IMG/VR virus record: IMGVR_UViG_3300031800_000001
Span: 52,087-116,086 of that record
Direction: 5' to 3' (one strand)
Length of the DNA: 64,000 nucleotides
From: a virus
Shown here: positions 18,672-29,700 of the stretch, in pieces
How the letters are laid out: each line of letters begins with the position of its first letter
How positions within the stretch are numbered: position 1 is the first letter of the stretch
Program-made: the position numbers and the translations under genes
The notes under the pieces: generated by a model
Databases searched by the model: none
What the model saw: only the letters and a program-made list of their open reading frames with translations
Told to the model about the DNA's origin: nothing

Positions 18672-19651
18672 AAAAACTATATGAATTTGCAGTAACTAAA
18701 GTAGAGTCCGTTGTGAAGAGGGATACTACTACTAACGAAAAAGGCGAGAAAGTAACCACGGAAAAAACCGTGGATGAGAAGGTTAAACATCAATTTTTTC
18801 TCAGAAAACCCACCAGATCCCTTTATGACGAGGCCGAGTTATTTTACGGCATAGAACTTTCCAAGGGCATTAAGGCCGGACTCCTTACGAAGGCCCTTCT
18901 AGCTAAAAGGTACGAAAACGACGGTGGCTCTTTAAGCGACGGTGAAATAGAAAGATACGGCAACTTATATCTAGATTTCTACAGAAAAACAGACGAATAT
19001 CAAAAACTATTAATAAAAGACGAAGAGAATTTAACTCAAGAAAACCGGGACGATATGGAGCGACTGGAAAAGGAATTGACAGATAATCGAAGTACCCTGA
19101 CTCAATTTGAGATGGAACAGCAGAGTCTGTACGAACAGACAGCGGAAGTCAGAGCCAGAAATAAAACCATCTTATGGTGGATTTTAGCACTGTCATATGG
19201 GGGCGACGATAATGCGTATTTTCCCGGCAAAACATTTGACGATAAACTTGCGGTATATGACGAACTAAGTGAAGAGGAAGACGATTTTATAAATACTGTG
19301 ATTCAAAGGCTTACATACTTTGTGAGTTTTTGGTTTGTGGGTAGGGCATCTACACAAGAAGAGTTCGACGCTATGCTTAGGGAACAAGGCCTACAAGAAA
19401 TTGAAGAAGAAGAAGAACAAGAAGACCTTGATGCACAAGAAGAGCTCCCAGTAGAAGATGACACAAAAGCAACTCAAGATATAGTCCTTGAGAACGTGGT
19501 AAGTGAAGAGAAACCCGCGGAAGAGAAACCCGCCGAGGTTAAGCCTAAAAAGAACAAGAAAACAAAAAAGAAAGCTCCCGTAAAGAAAGAGCTTAAGAAT
19601 GATGATGATAATAATCCTGAAGAACCGACGGAGCAGCAAGAGACAGAGTAA
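18668..19651 (+). CDS. putative tail assembly chaperone (G-like)
   Basis: Lies between the tail tube and TMP. Acidic coiled-coil with a low-complexity E/K tail; positional inference. Confidence 0.55.
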   Translation: MKKLYEFAVTKVESVVKRDTTTNEKGEKVTTEKTVDEKVKHQFFLRKPTRSLYDEAELFYGIELSKGIKAGLLTKALLAKRYENDGGSLSDGEIERYGNLYLDFYRKTDEYQKLLIKDEENLTQENRDDMERLEKELTDNRSTLTQFEMEQQSLYEQTAEVRARNKTILWWILALSYGGDDNAYFPGKTFDDKLAVYDELSEEEDDFINTVIQRLTYFVSFWFVGRASTQEEFDAMLREQGLQEIEEEEEQEDLDAQEELPVEDDTKATQDIVLENVVSEEKPAEEKPAEVKPKKNKKTKKKAPVKKELKNDDDNNPEEPTEQQETE

Positions 19652-19673
19652 CAATGGAAAACTAACCTGAACT

Positions 19674-19699
19674 CCCCCGCCTCAGGTGGGGGTTTTTTT
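19674..19699 (+). terminator. rho-independent terminator-like hairpin between the two chaperone genes
   Basis: CCCCCGCC-TCA-GGTGGGGG stem (one G-U pair) followed by T7. Confidence 0.75.
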
Positions 19700-19705
19700 A
19701 TACAT

Positions 19706-20728
19706 ATGACCAAAGAGAAAGAAAAAATGAACAGTGCCTCACTGAGGCTTCTTTATGCTGATATAATAAAGGGCTACTCCAAGACCGAGGACAAGAGATA
19801 CAAAGCCACATACATAAAACACCTCGGCACTATTGACGCCGCCGGCATGGACGAAATAAAAAGTAGGTACTACGAAGAAGCTAAAAAAGAAGGGCTACCA
19901 ACAGAAGATGACAAGCTCGAGTATCTCCATAAAGAGGGGGACTGGACGAAACAAGACGAGGCTAAGTTGGATGGATTAAGAAGCTGGGTCAAACAACTAA
20001 AAGTAAATAAATCCAAACTCTTCTTGGAGAGAGACAAGAATCAATTAATTAACCAAATAAGAGAAACAGAAGGCGAAATACAAGTAAAAGAAAACAGAAG
20101 GTTAGAGTGGATCGGGATGACTTGCGACTCTTATAGCTCAAAAAAATCAAACGAACACTATATATTTCAATCATTATTTAAAAATTCCGAATGTCTTGAT
20201 CATTTGCTCTCTGCAGAAGAATTCGACGAGTTGAGCACTCAGGAAATTTTTTATTTAGTTAAGCTTTACAATGGAAAAATGGAGCCATTTTTTCCGAGAA
20301 ACCTAAAAAAAATAGCTTTATCAGGTTTTTTTCTTAATTTCTTTTATTTGTGTGACGACAACCCAATGACATTCTTTGGTGAACCAGCGGTAAGCTTAAC
20401 CTTTTATCAGGCTGAACTTTTCGGCCATGCGAAATATTTTAAATCTATACTCCAAGATTCGAAAAATAAACCCCCACATGATGTAATGGATGATCCAGAC
20501 GCCATTATAGACTGGTATGAGTCCAGCAAAGCGTCTCAGGCTGCGTTTGATAAGGTCAAGGATACCGGTAATGTGGGCGGAAGCTCAATAGTGGGTGCAT
20601 CCAAGCAAGAAATGACAAAACTTGGGGCTATAGACGACGGTGAAAAATTTATTGATTTGGCCCAAGAAGCTATGAAGAAAGGCGGATCGCTTAATATGGA
20701 GGAGCTTATAAAGTTACATGGGCAGTGA
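19706..20728 (+). CDS. putative tail assembly chaperone (T-like; start may be 19727)
   Basis: Immediately upstream of the TMP. Has a coiled-coil region and a 'PPHDVMDDPDAIIDW' motif; positional inference. Confidence 0.55.
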   Translation: MTKEKEKMNSASLRLLYADIIKGYSKTEDKRYKATYIKHLGTIDAAGMDEIKSRYYEEAKKEGLPTEDDKLEYLHKEGDWTKQDEAKLDGLRSWVKQLKVNKSKLFLERDKNQLINQIRETEGEIQVKENRRLEWIGMTCDSYSSKKSNEHYIFQSLFKNSECLDHLLSAEEFDELSTQEIFYLVKLYNGKMEPFFPRNLKKIALSGFFLNFFYLCDDNPMTFFGEPAVSLTFYQAELFGHAKYFKSILQDSKNKPPHDVMDDPDAIIDWYESSKASQAAFDKVKDTGNVGGSSIVGASKQEMTKLGAIDDGEKFIDLAQEAMKKGGSLNMEELIKLHGQ

Positions 20729-20735
20729 TTTTTTA

Positions 20736-20744
20736 GTGTAATTA
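20736..20744 (+). promoter_or_regulatory. GTGTAATTA motif upstream of the TMP
   Basis: Same motif, followed by ACAAGG and the ATG at 20761. Confidence 0.55.
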
Positions 20745-20760
20745 ATAAAAACACAAGGCC

Positions 20761-23700
20761 ATGGCGGATAGTTTTATCACACTAGGAACAAGGTTAGATA
20801 GCGCATCGCTGCAAAGCACTTTAAGGCAAATAAACAGCGCTATTACCCGAGTAGAAAGGAAAGGGGTTAACATTAAAGTTGACTCTGGGAAATTTACTAG
20901 ACCCCTTGGGAAGATCACTGGTGCCACAAATGAATTCACAAGATCACTCGAAGCATCAAATGCGCGTGTTTTAGCGTTTGGAGCTTCTGCCGGGGCAATT
21001 TTTCAAGTTCAAAGGGCGTTTGAATTTTTACTTAAAAGCACTATTGAGGTCGAGAAAAGACTTCAGGATGTCAATGTAATTTTGGCGCAAACAGACCGAG
21101 GCCTCGCCAAGTTCGGAAACAACCTTTTCTCGATAGCTCAAAAAACGGCACAGAGTTTCGATACTGTCGCTGAAGCAGCGACAGAATTAGCTAGGCAAGG
21201 CTTGACAGTCGAAGAGACCCTTCAGAGGACAAACGACGCCCTCATTCTTACGAGGCTTTCCGGTATGGATGCGGCAGCATCAGTTTCTTCCTTGACAGCA
21301 GCATTAAATACGTTCAACAGGGAGGCGTTAACTTCTACTCAGGTAATTAATAAGCTTGCCAATGTGGATGCGGCGTTTGCTGTAAGCACAGACGATTTAG
21401 CCCAAGCCATGAGGCGCGTGGGAAGTACCGCTCAGGACGTTGGCGTATCCTTCGACCAACTTCTTGCAATTACAGCCTCTGTTCAGCAAACAACTGCTCG
21501 CGGTGGCCCCGTAATTGGTAACGCATTAAAAAGTATATTCACAAGAATCCAAAGAAAAGACACTCTTAATCTTTTAGAAGAGTTGGGGATAAAGGTGAGG
21601 GACTTAGAGGGGCAAATGCTACCCGCAATGAATGTTCTTGGCAATTTGGCCAAAAAGTTTCCCGAGCTATCTAAGGCTCAACAAGCTCATACTGCTGAGG
21701 TGACTGCTGGCGTATTCCAAATGAATAACTTAAGAGCGATACTCGCTGACCTTGGGAAAGAATATTCGATTTACGATAAAGCCGTGCAGATATCGACAGG
21801 GTCTACAAATGAAGCAATATTAAGAAATGAGATGCTCAACAAAACCCTCGATGCCCAAGTAAAAAAGACGATGGCTTTAGCCACGCAGGCAGCCAAGAAA
21901 ATAGGAGACCTAACCTTAAGGCCGGTCTCAGAGAGAGTGGTTGGGATCATGCAGAAAGTTTTGGGCGATATTAATGATAAAGACACAAATGACATAGGCG
22001 GAAAGATAGCGCAAGGGATGCTGTCCGGAATTGGAAATTTTTTATCGGGCCCGGGGCTACTTTTGTTAACTGGATTCCTTGGAAAACTTGGAATGAACCT
22101 AGCTAAATTCGTTAAGGAATCTGGAGCTCAATTTATGGGGCTGAACACGGCTGCGGTTCAACAAAAAAGCATACAAGAAGGAATAGCCAGAATATTGCAA
22201 TCTCAGCCACAACTTATAGCAAGGGCAGCGACATCCACACAGGCAAGAGTGGTGGTAGAAAGAGAAATAATCGGTATACTCGAACAAGAGACTCTTGCGA
22301 TGCTAAACTTGGAGAAGGTTGCCCAAAGAATGGCTGGCATGATGGTAAGAGGCGGGGTAACCGTAAGTGGTTCAGGACAAGTGGCGGCACCGGCGTATTT
22401 GAGGGGGAGAGGACCCAAGGCTGCGGCGAGGGGGACCGGCATTTCGGCACAAGGGCACATACCGAATTTTGCTAAAAAAAGCGAAGTAAGCGAAATAATA
22501 AGCGCAGCCGAGGGCGGATACAAAGCGGGGCAAATAAAACAAATGAAAATGCCCGGGCTTGGAACAATGACCTACAACTCAAGAGAACAGGTTAAACATG
22601 TTCCCGGCTTTGCTCAGCCATTCATTAATCCACCACTGCACTCAAAGGCCGGCAGGCAACATAGGGAAAAATCAGTGGCTGAAACCGGTGTCGATCCTTA
22701 TGCAGTTCCAAATTTTGCCAACCCAGCGATGCTTTCCTTATATGCTCGAGGCAGATTGGGGGTGGGTACCATAGGTATGCCCGGCAAAGGAGCCGCTGCT
22801 TCTTTAGAAAGTTTTGGAATAGGGAGATTTTATAAATCCGGGCCCAAGGTTCCCAAAGGTCAAAAAAATGTATTAAGGACTGCTTATGATCATGCAATAG
22901 CGGGTCATGGTGTATCAGCCGTAAAGGGGAAAATAGCGTTAGGAGAAATAGGAGAAGTAGCAGTCGCGAGAGCTACAATGCCAAGCGATGTTGCAAAACG
23001 ATTTTATAATGATCTATTGTCTCCGGCGATGGGCAAGACAGCGTACAAGGGTTTTACTGATGCACTTGGAGGGAAAACCAAGGCGGCGGGCATAGCGCAA
23101 GATATAGTATACCATCAAAACGGAACAGCGCGGTCATTCCAAGGGGCAAGAGAAAGGGCAATGGAAGTGCTTGCAAATAATCCCGCCGCTAAAGGTTCAT
23201 TTTTCGCAAAAGCAGAATTGACTCATTCTACTTTGTTAGAAAAAGCCCTTTTTGAACGCGGTGCCGGTCAGCATCTTCTGCCATTCAGCAAGGTGAAGAT
23301 GGGGCAAGGAGAGACAATTCTAGACGCAATAACTGTAAAAGGAGGAAAAGTAATTGGACCTGCTGAATTCAAACCAACTTTTCATGCGGGAATGTCCGGC
23401 AGAGATGCCAGAGGAAGCCTGTCGTACAAGTCGTTATTCTCTTCTGACTCAGGTAAAGAGGGCGGACTATTGCATTTTTTACGGTCAGGAATGGAAAAGA
23501 ATATTGCCCGCGGTGGCTACAAAGACAAATCCGGTCAATTCCATGGCCCAGAGAAGTTAAGAGGCGATCTAAACAAATTAGATGATTATATAAGTACCGC
23601 AAAAACGTCAGACTTCGCTAGAATGCAAAGAGTTTCCCAAGGTGAAATTACGCTTGAGGGAGCTAAATCCGCAACAGCAATAAAAGATATTTTTGGCAAG

Positions 23701-26700
23701 GATGTAATGAAACTCCTTGAATCGACCCCGTCGGCATCAAATTATGATAAATTAATGGCGCATTTTGGTGCGGCCCAAGGCTTCATTCCTAATCTCATGA
23801 TGCGGGGATCAATGAAAAAGAAATTAGCCACTGCGAGCACGAGTGGAAAAGGAAATATTTTCGATTTTGATGGGACGCTAGGTATACCCCCGAAAGGGAT
23901 GGTTACCACCCCAACAGGCATGAGAAAAATGCAAGAATCAGATACGTGGCATGGTTGGTCTGTCGGTCATATGAAACCAACTGAATTAGCAATGGCAGCG
24001 GCTAAAAATAAAGAGCCAATAACAGTTTTAACCGCAAGAGGGCAAGATTCAGTTCCGTATATCCAGAGTTGGTTAAAGGCCCAAAAAATTCCATACAGTG
24101 AAGTAATAGCTACTGGAAGCAGACAATACCCCAAAGGGATAGAGAAAACCCACCAGAAGAAGGCCTATGAAATTTTTGAACGCCCACATTTACGAAACGC
24201 AAAGTTCTATGAAGACTCACGGGCAAACGCATATTACGCGGCACTAAGAGGTGCAAGCAAAGATATGAATATACAGCCCCGAATAGTAGATTTTGGCAGC
24301 CGTTGGGGGCAGGTTAATCCAGCTGGCCAAGGGCTCATTCCGAATTTCAGTAAAGATTCATCACTAACGGCTGCGTTTAAAAGGGAAAAGAAAGCCACCG
24401 GGTTACCCGAAAATCAACTTTATGCAGCTTCCATAGATACTCCAGAATACAAAGGTTTGGCGGTAGGAAATAAGAGAGATGAGCGGACAAGGACGGATCT
24501 AATTAAAGCTGTCAAGTCTCACCCGAACCCAGCAAGAGCAGGCATGAAGGCAAGCGGGGGTTATATACCCAACTTTGCCGCAGATAGCGTGGATTACATG
24601 GCCATGACATCAGGAATGATGATGGCGGGAATGATGATGCAAATGGGCGGATCCAGCGCTCAAGAAAAACAAATGCTGGCCGACCAAAAGAGTGACTTTA
24701 GAAAACAAGAAAATATTAAGAAAAAAGCAAGAGCAGCCGCTAAAAATCAAGAGAGAGCACAAAAAAGCCAAGAACGAGAAAGAACTAGATTACAAACAGA
24801 AGTCAAGACTGCTGAGCGCGAGGGACAGCAGGCGACCAAGGCGCAATTGCAGGCCAAACATGGAACGGCAACCACTCCGGGGGGGCCGAGAACGGGAGGC
24901 GTAAAACAAGCTCAAGCGGCGCAGCAAAGAGCAGCAGATAGAATAGTCCGAAGAGAAGTAAACAGGGCAATAATGCACGGTGGCACGCCAGCGACTTTGG
25001 CGGGGGGTGCCCCAATTCCCACTGGCGGTACACCCGCAAGAATTGCGGGACTGGGAATGGCTGGGGTACACGCTGAAGCTGGCGGGGGGCGGGGCATAAA
25101 CCCAGCCACTGGTCTACCACATACGGCAGCATACAACGCGAAAATCGAAAAGCTAAGAGGGGTTGGTTTCGGGAAAGCGCAACAAATAATTGCACAATCC
25201 ACACAGACTACAGGAACAACCCCAAGGGGAGCCGTCGCTGTACATGGTGGCGACAAAGCAGCCAAGGACCTAACCAAAAAAACCTTACTCCTTCAAAAGG
25301 CGAGAGAGGCTGAAGCCCGCGCCGCTGATCGAGTAAAGGCAGCAAGCGACAAAAAGACCGCCGCGGCAGCAAAAATTATTGCGCAAGATAAAGAAATAGC
25401 AAAGTCCTCAAGGAAAGTAACCGCCGCAAAGGCCGCAGAAGCAAAAGCGACAGAAAGGGCCGCGGCAATGAAGCCGGACAGAAAAGCTGCCATCAGTAAG
25501 TGGGTCAAAGGAAAAGGTTTTGGACTGGGAATAGGCATTCAAATGATGGCTGGAGTGGCCGAACAATTTGTGGGAGGCAAAGGTGAAACCCCAGAAGAAA
25601 GAGCAGAAAAAGCAAAAGTTAGAGGGGTTGGCACCGCGGCAGGAATGGCCGGAACTGGCGCAATGATTGGCGGTGTGCCCGGCGCGCTCATTGGCTTAGC
25701 TATTGGTTCAGGGCTAGCCGTCATGGATCATCAAAAAGCCAGCAAGAAAACAGCGGAAGACTACGCGAAAGCTATTCAAAAAGAGACAGAAGCAAGAAAG
25801 AAAGCCTTACTTGGCGCGGAGTCATATATTAAATTGCAGGGGAGATTAACCGGCATGTTTAATAGGGGCGCTGGTCCTGCCGAACAGGGGTTGATGCGCA
25901 GACAAATGAAAGAACAACTCATGCAGGTTGAGGACGCGGGGCTAAGAAGAGGGCTAATTGAGGCGGCTGGTGATGAAAGTAAAATGCGAGAAGCTATGGC
26001 TAAAGTGCAGGAAACTATTAGCATACAGGAAAAGAAAGGTGGGATAGGCGTATTAGCGGCAAAGGCAGCAGAGGCCGGTGGGGGAACGCGGACACCGCTA
26101 ATGAAGGACTTGGCGAAAACCCTGTCTTCTGCATTCGAATTAAAAGGAATTAAGACTTGGGAGCTCATGGGTAAATCTGGCGCTGAGCTAACGACTACAC
26201 TCGAAGGGATGGGCGTTGGTGCTAAAGAAGCCGCAGACATGATAGCAGCACTTGGAGAAGAAAATCAAGGTCTTATACCGCAGATAATGGCTCAAGCCCA
26301 AGGATATGAAGAGCTCGAAGCAGAAACTTCAAGATCTGTAGAATCAATAGAAAGAATGGCGCTAGCTACGGCTGATCTAAACTATAGGTTATCACAAATA
26401 TCAAATTCATTTGAACATTTAATGAATGTATCAAAGCAGTTCTTTGACCACAGTCAGAAAGTGACCAAAGCGTTATCAGGCTCCATCACGGGAGATGACA
26501 CGATTGGTAAGGAGCGCAGAGAAAGGTTTGGGCTTACCGGTAATATACTCAAAAACATCGAAACTAACACCTTAAAAAATACCCTGTTGCAAAAAAGATT
26601 TCACGACGCAATCCTTAAGATGACCATGGAAAAAAGTAGCGCGGGAGGAAGCTTGCCGGGGGGATTGCAGCAACTTCAAGTCTTGGCGCGGGAAATGATA

Positions 26701-29700
26701 GTCGGCCCAGCTAGTCTTGCCGCGGAGGCATACAGAGAAATAATCGGTGATAAGGAAGGAACAGGGGGGCTCGGAAGAGTGACGGCTAGAAAACTAGAAG
26801 ATGCACTTTCCAAAGCAGAAAATGAAATAAAAGAAAATAGTTTAAAGCTTGCCCAATCAAACAGGCTTCTGATAATTCAAAATCAGCTTGCAGTATCAAA
26901 CAGGTCGTTTCAAAGAAGAAGAACCCTGCAGGAATCCATGACAGCAGGGGGAGCTTTTGGCGGGGGAGGCATTATCGACGCTTTGAAGAACTTAACGACT
27001 GTGGCGGGGATTCCAACTAGACGCGAAACTTCAAGAGTGGCGATGATGCAGATGCAGGGGCTAAGAGATCTAGAAAAAATGGGATTTGATTTTGCAAATG
27101 GAATAGGTAAAGCCATAAAAGAAAACCTTCTAGAAAGAACCTTCAGGGCAGAAGCTCCTGATGCTTTAGAGGCTCTTGGAATGAGTCCGGACAACGTAAG
27201 TAAAATCATTAATAGCAACTTTAATCCAGACGTATCAAAAAATATAATAGAAAGCATGAATTCTGCTCAAGGCGGAATGATGGCGCAGGTTATAGACTCA
27301 GCTAATTTATCAAAAATTGCACAAGAGGAAAGACAATACAAAGCTAAACTTCTAGAGGCCGAGTTCAAAAACAGAAACATGTTAGTGGAGAGCTTGGGTG
27401 CAAATGTTGACGTAACTGCTTTGCTTATTGGCAGTAATTACGATCTTATAGTTTCAAATGAGAAACTTGGCGAAGATTCAATGGACGCGCAGGAATTCGG
27501 CGCAAGGGAGCGGAGAACTAACGATCAAATTTATAAAGCTGCGATAGACACTGCGATGAAAGGGGCTGTGTCAAAAATGGGCGAAATCATGGTTAAGGCG
27601 AACCAAGGGTTCATGCAGGCGGTAGAGGTATTTAGGGGGGAACAAGACCTACAGCATACCAGAATAAACCAAGAAAAAGCCTTTGCCTCTTTAGCAGGTA
27701 AAACAGCAGGTGCCGAGGATATGCTGAGCAGCTTGAGCAGGGGGGAAAAATTCGAAATGACTCCCCCCAAGGCAGAAGAGATCTTCGACAAATCAGGTTT
27801 TACGAGGGCGTTGAGCTGGGTCCTGAGGCACGAAGCTGCGTTTTTGGGAATGTTTAGCCCGACTGAGACCATGACGTGGGAAAACCTTACCGAGAGCTTG
27901 GACACCTCGGGGGTTATTGGGGTACGTGGACATGATGTCAAGGCAAGTGCCTTCGACGAAAATATGATGGCCTTCATGAAGAGGATGCAAAGGGGCGGAG
28001 GCGAAGAGGATAAGCTGAGAATGAAGGCTGGCTTTGAGGCGTATCGATCCACTTTGACTGATGCAAATGTCCCTCAGTTTGAGCAAATGTCGATATCCAT
28101 GGTAAGAGCACAGGAGGGCCTGCTGATGGCCTTTGCTAAAATAAGCGAAATAGCAGATAAGCAGGGACTGATCGAAAGAATAGAAGACCCCGGAGGAGGA
28201 GCAAACATTATACGCGGTGCTCTGCCCTTGGACTTAGCAGATTGGCCAAAAATCGCGGAGTTTATGGGTGCAACCGCCGATCCCGCCGAGGCGATGAGGC
28301 AAATGAAAAAAGCATTAAGCGAAATGGTTTTCGAGGGTGATGCGGGAAAATGGCAGCCAAACATGATAGCGGAATTATCCAACTTGTCGGAAGTCGTAAG
28401 GTTAATGGGAAGAGAAAAGGGATTCGAAGCGTATGAACTAAAAGCAGACCCTGCGAAACTTCTTACAGCATTATTGGCTATACAAACAGCCGTGATCGGA
28501 GTTCACCCGAGTCAACAGGGTCAGATATATACCAGACGAGAAGGAAGCGTAATCGGACACGGTACGGCGCAAGGACAAACATTCGAACAGGCTGTTCAAC
28601 GTGGTGAGCGGACATCTAGGGAGTTTTGGAACGAAATACCAGTCTTTAGTCAGCAACAACCGTTGCCAGAAGGCGAATATGAGAAGATGATGGGGGCGGT
28701 TAGCTCCATGATGGAGGATTACCGCTCAGCAGGGAGGCTGTTATTTTCCAATTTTCAAAAGACCTTTAAGGAAGGGGGAACGGTAAATACCGACATTGCT
28801 AAGCAACTTAAGCGCTCTATAGATACTCTTGAAGGGAACGAGGGCAGGATCAGAACAATCTTAGCAGCCTTGGCTAAAAGAACCGGCGGAGAGGAGGGGT
28901 TCTTTGAGACACACGATGATCTATTACCTCTCTTGGACGGCTTTGACACAATAACAGATGAGTTTCTTGCCATGCTTAGGGCAATTATTGATCCAGACAA
29001 AGGGATTGTAGTAGATAAAAAATTAGCGGAGCAGATAGCCGATCTTTTGAAGGACACACTCCCCCCCCTCAAACCATTCCGGGCAGGACAGATATATACT
29101 GGAAAGCCGATTCCGGACAGGCCGGAAGGCGGGGGTACCGGTGATCTTGGGAAAGCATGGGCAACTGCGTTTAGCACGAAGGTAAAAGATGATTTAAAAA
29201 ATTGGAAGATGTCCATGGATCCCGCGGGGGAACTTGGATCCGCCATGAGCCAATTCGAGGGAACGGGGCCCGAGTGGACCGATGCACTCGGCGTTCTCAG
29301 GAGCGTTGTTACCGCCCTTGACGAGCTAGACCTTACGATATCAGCAGACCCACTTGAAACTCCTTTATTGGCTATACAGCAATCGATGGACGCCTTGAAG
29401 AAGATTAATACAAACGGCAACGAAGACATAAGAAACGCTTTCAACAATAAAGAAGACGTAGTTATAGAGACTCTTAGAAACATACTCGAAGCTATACTAT
29501 CCGACGAATCTACTTCATCAAGTCAACGAGAAGAAATAAGAAAAGCACTCAATCTGTTGCCGGATGCATACAAAAGGACAATGGAGGATATAGCAGGAAG
29601 GTCTGGCACAAGAATGATAAGAGACGAACTTCTCAAGCTCAGGCAAAGAGGCAACAACGGGACCCCACTGTCTCCCCCGCTTATACCGGGTAGTATGCTT

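Noticed and set aside
19564-19570. A_AAA_AAG slippery heptamer near the end of the first chaperone gene
   Set aside because: The -1 frame hits TAA about eight codons later, and the downstream gene is in frame 0, so it cannot produce a G-T fusion. It is probably just Lys codons.
27796-27850. GFTRALSWVLRHEAAF in the TMP resembling the start of a GH108 lysozyme
   Set aside because: It lacks the EGGY catalytic motif and the downstream DPGGxTxxGI, so support is insufficient.
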